Assembly: GCA_013426185.1 (NCBI GenBank)
Contig: CP058602.1
Location: 138,231 to 202,230 of the forward strand
Origin: Candidatus Woesebacteria bacterium
GTDB taxonomy: Bacteria > Patescibacteriota > Microgenomatia > UBA8517
DNA length: 64,000 nucleotides
Reading direction: 5' to 3'
How positions within the stretch are numbered: position 1 is the stretch's first letter; each line of letters starts with the position of its first letter. The position numbers and the translations under genes are program-made. Shown here in pieces: positions 26,080-34,798 of this stretch. A model generated the notes under the pieces. That model was not told the origin of the DNA. It saw only the letters and a program-made list of their open reading frames with translations, and ran no database searches.

Positions 26080-26418
26080 TCAATCTTTGGCAAGACGAGA
26101 CAAAAACCAAGAAACAAAAGAAAGAGCTACCGAGGCAATGATGGCAGTTGTAAAGTTGGCAATCTCAAAGCCTGGGACAATAAGGCTTGCAACATAAAGT
26201 AGAGCCACATTGATAAGGAGAGCAAAAATACCAAAAGTGGCAATGGATATGGGTAAAGTGATTATTTGCAATATTGGTCTTATGAAGGTATTAACAATAC
26301 CAATTACAACAGCAGCAACAGTTGCTGCCCAGATATTGTCTAGCTTAAATCCTGGAACAAGATATTCAACAACATAAAGGGCAAAGACATTGATGGCAAG
26401 CCGCATTATTAGTCTCAT
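26080..26418 (-). CDS. DUF360 / phage-holin-4-like (YvlD family) membrane protein
   Basis: Four TM helices. LYVVEYLVPGF ... LINVALLYVASLIVPGF is the characteristic internal repeat of the family. Confidence 0.5.
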   Translation of the reverse strand: MRLIMRLAINVFALYVVEYLVPGFKLDNIWAATVAAVVIGIVNTFIRPILQIITLPISIATFGIFALLINVALLYVASLIVPGFEIANFTTAIIASVALSFVSWFLSRLAKD

Positions 26419-26438
26419 ACTTTAATATAAACTTATTT

Positions 26439-27445
26439 TTAGTCTTTTGTCAAATTTTTAACAAAGAATTCTAAAGTATTCTCTGCCGCATCATCCCATT
26501 TTGGCCTTAAATTATGATTAGCACCGGCGTAAGTCTGATATTCCACTTCTTTACCTAATTTTTTAAGCTTCTGAAACATATCCTTTGACCACTTTTCAGG
26601 AACAACGTCATCACTGGCCCCCTGAATTATGAGAAGAGGTGAATTTATTCTATTGAAGTAGTTGGTTATTGAATATTTATCAACGTCATACAGTTCTTCA
26701 AATTTTGCTAGCTCTTTTCTTATAAATTTGCCTTTATCTTCTGCCTCGTCAGTATAATACAAAATTGAGTATGGAAATGGTTTTGAAACAGGAGCCCAAA
26801 GGACAGTAGGTATATTTTTCTCTGATACTTCAAGAGTATAAAGTGCTATCTGCCCTCCGTTTGAATGTCCCCAGATAAAAATATTTTTCCTTCCCATTTT
26901 TCGATATCCTCGACTGATTTGATTAAAGAAAGTATGGTAGTATAAGTTTGAAAACGGGATTCAAAAATATTTTCTGCTTCCCTGTCGGAATCTGCATACC
27001 CTAAAAAATCAGGAGCGATTGTTATAAAGCCTTTTTCGGCCAAAAAATAGCTCATATTTTTAGAGCCGGTTCCTGTTTTATAAATTTTTGGGTCAACATA
27101 ACCTCTAATCATAATGACCAGAGGAAAAGTTGATTTTCCTTTTGGTATGTTTATTAAACCTGATGTCTTTTTTATCGTCTTTTGGTCAAGGTTTGGGTTA
27201 AATTGAAATTCAAAAATGTAGGAGTCAAAAGTTTCTTTTTCTTCAATTTTTTCTTTTATGATTATTTTTCCTTCAGGTATATTGGTTTTGGCCAAGTTTT
27301 CAATAGAATATCTTTCAAGAGGTCTTTCTATTTCTCCACTTTTATTGATTAAATCAACCTTTTTATCGCTTTTATTTTTGTTTAGAAAATACAAGACGGA
27401 TATAAAAAGAAAGGCTATTGAGGCTATAAATAAAACATTTCTCAT
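26439..27445 (-). pseudogene. Alpha/beta-hydrolase (dienelactone hydrolase / S9-like) split by a +1 frameshift in an A5/T5 homopolymer near 26875-26890
   Basis: Two overlapping minus-strand ORFs (26846-27445 and 26439-26897) join into one hydrolase with a signal peptide, nucleophile elbow GHSNGG and a C-terminal Asp/His region. The frames differ by 1 nt within gaaaaatattttta. Confidence 0.5.
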
Positions 27446-28839
27446 TTGTTTAAATATTGAGCGATAGTAAGAAAAGAAAATATTCCATAGAAAACAAAAG
27501 CGGAAAGAAGAAATAATTTTCGGAGTATACTTGGTCTTAGCGGTTTTTCAAGCAGTGAATTGTTTAGCCAAAGTATAAGTATCGTATATACAAACATTGT
27601 AAAAGCGTTTAAAACAGCTCCTAAAACAAGAAGAGTCAAAGGCTCTGTAATTCCAAACATAAATATAATTATCCCAAGAGTAATCTGTGACCAAAGGAAG
27701 AAGTAATAGAACTTAGGCAAGTTTTCAATCCTGAATCTGTTTTGGTTTAAAAGTATTAAATTCTCACTCATTATTCTTGATGTGGCGTCAATTACTGAAA
27801 ACTGTGTAAAGAAGAGTGTTAAACTGCAAATTCCAAGAAAGATACTACCTATTAGTGGAGCTGTTTTTAAGCCTATGTTTTTAGCTTCGGTTAAGATAAA
27901 GCCTATGCCACTTTCTGTCTCTTGGCCATAAACAGTTAGGTAGGAAAGAAATGAAAGAATTATCATTGTGAAAGCGCCGGTTACTAGGAAGACTAAAGAG
28001 TGCTCTATATTTATAGCTCTCCACCAATTTTTAAACCTTTCCAAATTTTTTTGATTTAAGGTAAAAGAGTAACCCTCAAGGTTTATTCTTTCTGCCTCGC
28101 CCGTCAAGATACTTGTTATTCTTCCTGAATATTTGCCCATTCCATAGCCCTTTTCTTTGACATAAAAGCTTTGAGCCAAATTAAGGTTGCCACCCGCGCC
28201 GGCATAAGCTACAGCTCCCAAAAAAGCTGCTATTGAGATGCCTTGAGGCAAAAACCAGAAATTATCACCTTTGCCCACAAGTCCCTCAAAAAGTGGTGGC
28301 AGATTTTCTTTTTTTGCAATTAGTGTTGTTATCAAAAGAATTAAGGGAATGCTAATACTGATCACTATCTTGAGCAATTTTTCTTGAGTTTTGTATATCA
28401 CAGGTCCTAAAGTAAAAATTAGGCCGATGATAATAAGGAAGATTATCGGAATAGCTTTTGTGTAATTTATTCCCAATAAATTTGAAAATATTTTTGCTGA
28501 TGAAGCGATAATTCCCGGCCACATCCAAGGGATTAGGGTTGAAACTATGAACCAAAAAGGGATTATTTTACCCATCTTTCTTGTAAGACCAACAAAAACA
28601 CTTTCCCCTCTTAAAAGCGTGTATCTTTCTATTTCCATATTGATGAAGAATTGGAAGGTAATGCCCAAGACTGCTGCCCAGATAATGCCCATTCCGTATC
28701 TTGATGCAAGGTATGGCCAGAGAATGATTTCTCCGCTTCCAAGTCCTAGTCCAAGTAAAATAAAACTTGGCCCCAGAAGTTTTTTTAAAGGAAGAGGTTT
28801 GGGTAAATTCTTTTTCTTTAGAGTATTTTTTGCTTCCAC
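27442..28839 (-). CDS. Polytopic transporter, possibly a distant Nramp/APC-superfamily member
   Basis: 10 to 12 TM helices. An N-terminal GPSFILLGLGLGSGEII segment loosely resembles the Nramp TM1 motif GPGFLxxxAYxDPGN. Confidence 0.3.
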   Translation of the reverse strand: MEAKNTLKKKNLPKPLPLKKLLGPSFILLGLGLGSGEIILWPYLASRYGMGIIWAAVLGITFQFFINMEIERYTLLRGESVFVGLTRKMGKIIPFWFIVSTLIPWMWPGIIASSAKIFSNLLGINYTKAIPIIFLIIIGLIFTLGPVIYKTQEKLLKIVISISIPLILLITTLIAKKENLPPLFEGLVGKGDNFWFLPQGISIAAFLGAVAYAGAGGNLNLAQSFYVKEKGYGMGKYSGRITSILTGEAERINLEGYSFTLNQKNLERFKNWWRAINIEHSLVFLVTGAFTMIILSFLSYLTVYGQETESGIGFILTEAKNIGLKTAPLIGSIFLGICSLTLFFTQFSVIDATSRIMSENLILLNQNRFRIENLPKFYYFFLWSQITLGIIIFMFGITEPLTLLVLGAVLNAFTMFVYTILILWLNNSLLEKPLRPSILRKLFLLSAFVFYGIFSFLTIAQYLNK

Positions 28840-28879
28840 TTTATAAAGTTTAATTTATAATAGAATTTAAGGCAAGCTT

Positions 28880-29440
28880 ATGAAAAAAAGAGTTTTTGTG
28901 GGGATCTCGGTTTCCAAATCTCTTTCTTCTTTTATTTACGACTTTATAAAAAGAAATAAGGGTTCTTTGCCATCTGACGCAAGGATAATTAAACCAAGAA
29001 ACTTGCATCTGACGCTAGTTCCACCTTGGTATGAAGAAAATCTTGACAGTTTTCTATTGAATTTTGAGAAGAAACTAAAAAGTATGCAGATTCAACCTTT
29101 TAAAATTCAATTTACAAAAATTTTTCCTGGACCTGTCAAAACAAATCCTCGTCTAATTTGGATAGAAGGAAAGCCAAAGCCTGAACTATTAAACTTGAAG
29201 TCTTTTGTTGAAGGCATTATTGAAAAAAGAGATGTTGAGAAAAGAGAATTTATTCCCCATATAACAATTGCTCGTTTTAAAAGCAAAAATAGCTGTCAGT
29301 TTAAAGAAGAAAAGATAAAATTTGAAGAGACTATAAAGTCATTTTGTATTTTTGAATCTAGACTTTCTCCCAAGGGCGCTGATTATAAAGTGCTAAAAAA
29401 GTTTATTACATCTAGTAGTTATAAAAAGGCCAAGTGCTAA
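28880..29440 (+). CDS. thpR: 2H phosphoesterase / RNA 2',3'-cyclic phosphodiesterase (LigT/ThpR)
   Basis: Two H-x-T-x motifs (HLTLVP and HITIARF) at the canonical spacing. Confidence 0.7.
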   Translation: MKKRVFVGISVSKSLSSFIYDFIKRNKGSLPSDARIIKPRNLHLTLVPPWYEENLDSFLLNFEKKLKSMQIQPFKIQFTKIFPGPVKTNPRLIWIEGKPKPELLNLKSFVEGIIEKRDVEKREFIPHITIARFKSKNSCQFKEEKIKFEETIKSFCIFESRLSPKGADYKVLKKFITSSSYKKAKC

Positions 29441-29500
29441 AACGTATGCTTTTGGAATAGTTTAGATAAAGCAAAGCAACCTAAAAGGATGTGTTTAACC

Positions 29501-30007
29501 TTACTCTTGAAAGTTAATTAGTTCTACTTTGTCGCCTACTTTTATATTGTTTTTATCAGTAAAGCTGGAATTCACTTCAAGAACGTAATCGATGGGCTGG
29601 TTTGATTTGTAAAGAGTTAGCTTGTTGTCGGGTGTTCCTGTTTTTGGGGCTTTGGCGTTTTTATCAATTTTGACTATTTTTGAGTCTCTTATCCAAATAA
29701 TGTCAAGGTCAAATTTCATATCTTTCATCCAAAAAGTAGCCGTTGATCCTTTTGGAAATACAAAAAGCATACCTTTATTCTGGTCAAGAGAATCACGGTT
29801 TGAAAGCCCTTTGGTTCTTTTTTCCGGAGTATCGGCTATCTCTAATTCAATTTCTGTATTATTGATTTTAATCTTTGGCTTTTGTTCTTGTGTTTGGTTT
29901 TTGTTTGTTGGAGTGGTTGTGGCAGATTGGTATTTTTTTGCTAGAAGACCAAGAGAAACAATTATTAATGCGGTGATAGCTATTGGAAAAAGAATATGTT
30001 TTGTCAT
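29501..30007 (-). CDS. DUF192 (COG1430) family secreted protein
   Basis: Signal/TM anchor followed by GLSNRDSL...GMLFVF...FWMKDMKFDLDIIWI, typical of DUF192. Confidence 0.6.
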   Translation of the reverse strand: MTKHILFPIAITALIIVSLGLLAKKYQSATTTPTNKNQTQEQKPKIKINNTEIELEIADTPEKRTKGLSNRDSLDQNKGMLFVFPKGSTATFWMKDMKFDLDIIWIRDSKIVKIDKNAKAPKTGTPDNKLTLYKSNQPIDYVLEVNSSFTDKNNIKVGDKVELINFQE

Positions 30008-30141
30008 AGGCCCGACTTTATTAGGAAATAGGCTAATAGTAATGTTATAAAAAATACTATTATGGGGATTAGAGCAAGATATATATCTTCTCTAATTTTT
30101 TCATTTTTTATGATCTGAATAACTTGTTTTTGCATTTTTAG

Positions 30142-30223
30142 TGCCCCGAAGAGGATTTGAACCTCTACGCCTTGCGGCACACGCTCCTAAAGCGTGCCTG
30201 TCTACCAATTCCAGCATCGGGGC
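30142..30223 (-). tRNA. tRNA-Leu (TAG), type II with long variable arm
   Basis: Acceptor GCCCCGA/TCGGGGC; anticodon loop TTTAGGA; variable arm TGCCGCAAGGCGT; T-loop TTCAAAT. Confidence 0.85.
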
Positions 30224-30256
30224 ATAATTTTATTTTACCACTTTATAAAGGATATT

Positions 30257-30766
30257 TTAATCGATGTCAAAAGCCAGTCCCGAAGGATCTATCTGGTTAA
30301 CAAAATAGATTACTTTACTAGCCCAAGTTGGGCTTGGAGGAGCATATCTTTTAGCAATACTGGTTATTTTCCTTGCACCTCTTTTAACATATTTATTGTT
30401 TAAAGTATCAGACACTATCTCAATAGAATTATCCCAAGAATTAAAACTATAGTTGCCATTAGCCCAACCATAAGCGTTGTAAGAATTATAAGGAATTCTT
30501 TTACCAAAGCTTGATTCAACGCCGGTTATTGCCGGAATCAGTCTCCAGTCTAGGTTATTTTTATCCGATTCTTGGATTATTTTTTCTGTGTAATTGGTAA
30601 GAGGAGACTGCTTTTTATCTAAGAAAGATTTTAAGATTAATTTTCTGGTATCTGTTTTGGTGTCTTCCCCTTTTTTCATCTGAGCGGAATTTTCGGCCAC
30701 GTAAGCCTGAACCGGTCTTGGAGCGGTTATAAATAAGAAAAGGACTAAATAAATAATTTTTCTCAT
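30257..30766 (-). CDS. Secreted lytic-transglycosylase/lysozyme-like protein (paralog of the 31789-32442 gene)
   Basis: Signal peptide. Shared block ESDKNNLDWRLIPAITGVESSFGK (an E-S catalytic-Glu-like motif) followed by an aromatic-rich segment. Confidence 0.45.
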   Translation of the reverse strand: MRKIIYLVLFLFITAPRPVQAYVAENSAQMKKGEDTKTDTRKLILKSFLDKKQSPLTNYTEKIIQESDKNNLDWRLIPAITGVESSFGKRIPYNSYNAYGWANGNYSFNSWDNSIEIVSDTLNNKYVKRGARKITSIAKRYAPPSPTWASKVIYFVNQIDPSGLAFDID

Positions 30767-30780
30767 ATTTTCTTTCCAAC

Positions 30781-30813
30781 TAAAAAAGGACTCTTGTATA
30801 AAGAGTCCTTTTT
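30781..30813 (-). terminator. Intrinsic terminator on the minus strand: hairpin AGGACTCTT-TATACA-AGAGTCCT followed by T7. It lies 14 nt upstream of the start codon of the 30257-30766 gene.
   Basis: Read directly: 9-bp (mostly G/C) stem, 6-nt loop and a U-tract on the transcribed strand. Confidence 0.7.
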
Positions 30814-30896
30814 AGGGAGCTCCCGTTAAGGAAGCTCCGGGGAAATTCCGACGCCAAGATCCTGGTAAACCAGGTTAGCCTCAGAATCTAGTTTGT

Positions 30897-30926
30897 ACTA
30901 TAGCATATTACTACAGGATTGTCAAG
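30897..30926 (-). promoter_or_regulatory. Consensus sigma70 promoter on the minus strand: TTGACA, 17 nt, TATAGT
   Basis: Reverse complement of 30897-30926 is TTGACAATCCTGTAGTAATATGCTATAGT. It drives a roughly 110-nt leader that ends in the terminator above. Confidence 0.6.
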
Positions 30927-31007
30927 TTTTTTGTCAATAGTCCTTTAGTTAATTAAGAGCCGGCATTTTGGGGATAGACCTTTAAGTAATCTATGGTCTT
31001 TAGACTT

Positions 31008-31775
31008 CTAGATTTTCTGTTCAATTTTTCTTGCAAGAATAAAGATGGAAGGACCAAAGTTTATTTTTTCAAGAATATTCTGAAACTTCTTTTCAAGCGA
31101 AAGTAAAAGATCTGGTGGAAGGAGATGTTTCAAGAAACTGTTCCTAAAATTTGATACCGAGCGTCTTTCTATAATCTCAAAACCATTATCTTTTAACATT
31201 TTATTGATATCGTCAGGATGATAGTTTATGAAAGGAATAGTCTTCTTCTTGATATTTTTGGGACATCTTACATCTCTTGGAAAGATATCAAGAGGAAAAG
31301 TAAAATTTCCTTTCAAAATTTCAGACATAGTAGCTTTGAAATGTCTTTTATTAGCATGTTCTATTATCAAGTAGCCTCTTTTTTTTAGAATTTTGGCTAT
31401 AATTTTGATTGCTTTATCAGGATCTTCTATGTGGTGAATAACTCGAACCATGATTGCTGCGTCGAAAGAAGCTCCTCTAAAATGTCTTCCCAAATTTTCG
31501 ATTTTAGATTGAACGAATTCAATATTTTTACTTTTGCCAAAATTTTTCCTCGCGATTTTTAAAAGTCTTGCTGAGGGATCACAGAGGACTATTTTCTTAA
31601 CTCGATATGAGTACTCAGGTGTTAATCTCCCGTAACCGGCACCAATATCAATTAATGATTTAATCTTTGGAATTTTGGCAAACATTTCCCTTAAGGCAAT
31701 TATTTCTGCATTGTGTTCATATTCTCTATCCTGCCAGTAGGAAGGATAGTCGTAATAATCGTAGTGCGCTGGCAT
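31008..31775 (-). CDS. Class I SAM-dependent methyltransferase
   Basis: Motif I LIDIGAGYGRLT and motif II/III spacing. 255 aa. Confidence 0.6.
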   Translation of the reverse strand: MPAHYDYYDYPSYWQDREYEHNAEIIALREMFAKIPKIKSLIDIGAGYGRLTPEYSYRVKKIVLCDPSARLLKIARKNFGKSKNIEFVQSKIENLGRHFRGASFDAAIMVRVIHHIEDPDKAIKIIAKILKKRGYLIIEHANKRHFKATMSEILKGNFTFPLDIFPRDVRCPKNIKKKTIPFINYHPDDINKMLKDNGFEIIERRSVSNFRNSFLKHLLPPDLLLSLEKKFQNILEKINFGPSIFILARKIEQKI

Positions 31776-31788
31776 AGTTCAGAAGCAG

Positions 31789-32442
31789 TTAGTAAAGAGG
31801 CAAGGTCATGTCCTCCATAAATTTGTTAACCCCAAAAGCCCAACTGCCATTAGAGCGTGGGGTGTATTTTTTCATAATCTCTTCTATAGTATTATAGCCC
31901 TTCTCTATGTAATTTTTTCTTAATCCTATTGCAATAACGCGAATCGCCTGCTCATATGAATCAAATTTAAGAGTTCCTTCGGTATGTATCCCCCACCCCC
32001 AACAGTTGTAGCTATTTTCAGGTATAACTTTGCAAAGATTGGATTCTTGTTGGGCAATAGCCACCAAGAGCCTCCAATCTAGGTTGTTTTTGTCTGATTC
32101 GGCGACAATAAGTTGAGCATAAGGTTCGAGTGGGGATTTATAGAATCTGAGGTAATTTTTAATTATTTCTACTCTTGCATCAGCAGTAGAGATATCACTT
32201 GTTATTTCAGGTTCCGAGGTTGTGCTAGCTGCCAGAACTTCGGGCTTAAAAAGATGATTTTGAGGCAAGACAGCCTGTATTTTGTTAGCTTTTTCTTTTC
32301 CAGTATTTTCGAAGGAATAGAGTGCAAAAACAGAGGTAATAATAACAAGAGGAGTTGCAAGTAGGAAGAAAAATATAAGAACTATTTGTTTCCACAACCC
32401 CAGATTATTTTCTAGTTTTTCAAGAGATATCATAAAAATCAA
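31789..32442 (-). CDS. Secreted lytic-transglycosylase/lysozyme-like protein (paralog of the 30257-30766 gene)
   Basis: N-terminal TM/signal. AESDKNNLDWRLLVAIAQQESNL is an SLT-type catalytic Glu-Ser motif in the block shared with the paralog. Confidence 0.5.
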   Translation of the reverse strand: MIFMISLEKLENNLGLWKQIVLIFFFLLATPLVIITSVFALYSFENTGKEKANKIQAVLPQNHLFKPEVLAASTTSEPEITSDISTADARVEIIKNYLRFYKSPLEPYAQLIVAESDKNNLDWRLLVAIAQQESNLCKVIPENSYNCWGWGIHTEGTLKFDSYEQAIRVIAIGLRKNYIEKGYNTIEEIMKKYTPRSNGSWAFGVNKFMEDMTLPLY

Positions 32443-32489
32443 AAATTTGCCGCCTCTTTCTAAAGGATGCCATATAAGAGCTTTAATGT

Positions 32490-32633
32490 CAACCCCGCCA
32501 AACTTCAGCTATTGGATGTCAGCTATCAGCCGTCAGCTGTCGGAGTTGTTTGCTATCTTAATTCATAAATCTTAAATCCTAAATCAAAATTCTATAATCT
32601 AATTTTTGACTTTTGAGTCTTGTGTTAATCTTG
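32490..32633. repeat. Mosaic intergenic repeat copy R4 (partial: modules B and E), abutting tRNA-Lys
   Basis: Contains CAGCTATTGGATGTCAGCTATCAGCCGTCAGCTGTCGGAG followed by AAATCTTAAATCCTAAATCAAAATTCTATAATCTAATTTTTGACTTTTGAG. Confidence 0.65.
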
Positions 32634-32707
32634 TGAGCCTGGGAGGACTCGAACCTCCAACCGTTACCTTAAGAGGGTACTGCTCTGCCAATTGAGCTAC
32701 AGGCCCT
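32634..32707 (-). tRNA. tRNA-Lys (CTT)
   Basis: Acceptor GGGCCTG/CAGGCTC (one G:U); anticodon loop CTCTTAA; T-loop TTCGAGT. The anticodon stem has one mismatch. Confidence 0.75.
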
Positions 32708-32713
32708 AGATGT

Positions 32714-32785
32714 GTCCCCGGAGAGAATCGAACTCTCATCCCACCCTTAGAAGGGGCGTGCTCTATCCGTTGAGCTACGGGGACA
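32714..32785 (-). tRNA. tRNA-Arg (TCT)
   Basis: Acceptor GTCCCCG/CGGGGAC; anticodon loop CTTCTAA; T-loop TTCGATT. Confidence 0.8.
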
Positions 32786-32874
32786 AACTTTGTGTAATTA
32801 TAACAATTTTGGGAATCTATTGCATCTATCTTAAGATCTTGACTTTTTGAATAAATAATTCATTATAAGATTGA

Positions 32875-33040
32875 TTTTGATAGGTAAAAGGTAAAAGGCA
32901 AGAGAATTTAAGTTCGAATTGACTGAAGTTGTTCAAAATTTTTCGAAGTTAATTTAAGTTATTAGCCAAATCAGGTTGCGGATCCAGTAAATCGTATATT
33001 GACTATATGTATTATGCAGAAAGGCATTAGAAAATAGTAG
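32875..33040. repeat. Mosaic intergenic repeat copy R5 (partial: module A and core C), on the other side of the tRNA-Lys/tRNA-Arg pair
   Basis: Contains GGTAAAAGGTAAAAGGCAAGAG ... TATATGTATTATGCAGAAAGGC. Confidence 0.6.
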
Positions 33041-33045
33041 GCAGA

Positions 33046-34086
33046 GTGAAAGATAAAACTAAAAACAGCAACGGATACGAGCTGCCAAAAACGGTAGCTA
33101 TCCTTTACAGTGAAGTTAAAAGAAAATATTTTCCGACAAAACAGCAATATCTAACGGAAAAAGATGCTAGAAAAGACGCTCTTTTGGTAGCTAAATATTT
33201 GAAGAAACTGGGAGTTAAAGTTTTTCTTTATCCTGGTAGTGCTTCTGTTTTTGAGAAATTAAGAGTTAAGAGACCTGAAGTTGTTATAAATTTGGTTGAT
33301 TCGGTTAAAGGGGTGGAAAGTCTGTCAGCTTCAGTTCCTGGGGCTTTGGAACTTTTAGATCTGGCTTATACAGGAGCTACCATTTTAGGCAAATCTCTTG
33401 ATACCAATAAATTTTTGGTTAAGAAACTTCTCCAGCAAGCTGGGGTTCCTGTTCCCCATTATCAATTGGTTGACTCAGTTAGTTACAACCTTGACCCCAC
33501 TTTGCGCTTTCCTTTGATTTCCAAATTGAATGAGATACATGGAGGAGTTGAAATTAATCAGGATAGTGTTTCTGAGGATCCAAAGCATCTAAGCCAGCGT
33601 ATAAAATATCTTATCAAGACTTATAAGCAGCCAGTTTTGATTGAGGAGTTTATTGTTGGTCGCGAGATTACGGCTATTTTGCTTGAAGGCTTGAATAAAA
33701 AAGTCTATTTAGCTGAAAAAATCTTCAAGAAGAAGAATCAGAAGTATATTTTTTCTACTTTTGAGGACCAATGGCTGAAACATGGCGAGGAAAGTTTTAG
33801 TTATACAAAATATCATGACCCTCTTTTGAGAGAATATGTTAAAAAAGCTTTTGATGTTGTCCAGATGTACGATTACGGCAAGTTTGATATCAGAATGGAT
33901 CAATCAGGAAGATATTTCTTTATTGATGCCAATTGTAATCCCGCTTTCGGTCCCAAAGAAGCGGAAGTGGCTCTTGCCTCAATACTTGATATCTATGGCG
34001 TTTCTTTTCTTGAGATCTTAAAAAGACTTCTTCTTAATACAGTCCGTGATTTTCAGGGTAAGGAAAGACTCCCCGTTCCTTTCTAA
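33046..34086 (+). CDS. ATP-grasp ligase, D-alanine--D-alanine ligase-like
   Basis: N-terminal Rossmann-like pre-ATP-grasp (VAILYSE...), a central ATP-grasp region (EEFIVGREITAILLEG) and C-terminal FIDANCNP. Confidence 0.5.
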   Translation: MKDKTKNSNGYELPKTVAILYSEVKRKYFPTKQQYLTEKDARKDALLVAKYLKKLGVKVFLYPGSASVFEKLRVKRPEVVINLVDSVKGVESLSASVPGALELLDLAYTGATILGKSLDTNKFLVKKLLQQAGVPVPHYQLVDSVSYNLDPTLRFPLISKLNEIHGGVEINQDSVSEDPKHLSQRIKYLIKTYKQPVLIEEFIVGREITAILLEGLNKKVYLAEKIFKKKNQKYIFSTFEDQWLKHGEESFSYTKYHDPLLREYVKKAFDVVQMYDYGKFDIRMDQSGRYFFIDANCNPAFGPKEAEVALASILDIYGVSFLEILKRLLLNTVRDFQGKERLPVPF

Positions 34087-34176
34087 TACTAGACTTTTTT
34101 GCTAAAATATAGGTGCTATTTGCTAGAGGTGTTCAGATTAATGCTTTTTGTTCTTTGTAAAGTGCAGGTCAAGTAA

Positions 34177-34261
34177 GCAGGTGTGGCGGAATTGGCAGAC
34201 GCGTACGGTTCAGGGCCGTATGAACTTTTAGTTCATAGAGGTTCAAGTCCTCTCACCTGCA
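34177..34261 (+). tRNA. tRNA-Leu (CAG), type II
   Basis: Acceptor GCAGGTG/CACCTGC; anticodon loop TTCAGGG; long variable arm TGAACTTTAGTTCAT. Confidence 0.85.
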
Positions 34262-34282
34262 CATTAATATACTTTGTTTTAT

Positions 34283-34364
34283 GCGCGGGTGGTGAAATTG
34301 GTATACACGCAGTCTTGAGGAGGCTGTGCCTTCGGGCGTGCAGGTTCAAGTCCTGTCCCGCGCA
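34283..34364 (+). tRNA. tRNA-Leu (GAG), type II
   Basis: Acceptor GCGCGGG/CCCGCGC; anticodon loop TTGAGGA; variable arm TGCCTTCGGGCGTGC. Confidence 0.85.
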
Positions 34365-34371
34365 CTTTTTT

Positions 34372-34445
34372 GGGCTTGTAGCTCAGTTGGTTAGAGCGTA
34401 CGGCTTACATCCGTAAGGTCTCAGGTTCGAGTCCTGACAAGCCCA
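34372..34445 (+). tRNA. tRNA-Val (TAC)
   Basis: Acceptor GGGCTTG/CAAGCCC; anticodon loop CTTACAT; T-loop TTCGAGT. Confidence 0.85.
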
Positions 34446-34481
34446 CAAGTCTAAAGATTAAGATTAATTGCTAGCTATTTA

Positions 34482-34634
34482 TGGCACTTGAAGAAAAGTA
34501 TCAAAAAGCGTCTATTGATTATTGGTTGGCTTTGATTTCAAGAAAATTTTACAATACTCTTTCAGCTTATCTGGAGTTTTTTATGATTAAGATAATAATA
34601 GGTATATTTGTTGCTTTCTTTGTGTTTTTATCTT
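34482..34634 (+). CDS. Possible 50-aa hydrophobic micro-protein (not in the ORF track; speculative)
   Basis: ATG at 34482 runs to TAA at 34632-34634. The C-terminal half is a TM helix. No other support. Confidence 0.15.
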
Positions 34635-34706
34635 AAAAAGATTTATTGGCAGTTGATTTTTTGTTATAATATAACTTGCTAAGTATTTTAAGGCATAAAT
34701 CTGAGA

Positions 34707-34779
34707 GCCGAGATAGCCAAGGTGGTCACGGCGGGCGCCTGAAGAGCGTCAGATGTGTGTTCGACTCACACTCTCGGCA
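34707..34779 (+). tRNA. tRNA-Phe (GAA)
   Basis: Acceptor GCCGAGA/TCTCGGC; anticodon loop CTGAAGA; T-arm GTGTG-TTCGACT-CACAC. The D-arm is slightly atypical. Confidence 0.75.
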
Positions 34780-34798
34780 CAGATAAATTTAGTTGAGT

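Noticed and set aside
25923-26117. ORF-track CDS 25923-26117 (-), 64 aa
   Set aside because: It lies in the spacer adjacent to repeat R3 and overlaps the end of the DUF360 gene. It has a Lys/Phe-rich composition and no support.
26080-26418. Holin, hence a prophage lysis cassette?
   Set aside because: DUF360/YvlD-type proteins are widespread chromosomal membrane proteins, and two paralogs occur here. There is no adjacent endolysin, terminase or structural gene.
34183-34416. ORF-track CDS 34183-34416 (+), 77 aa
   Set aside because: It exactly overlaps tRNA-Leu(CAG), tRNA-Leu(GAG) and tRNA-Val(TAC). It is a read-through of tRNA genes.
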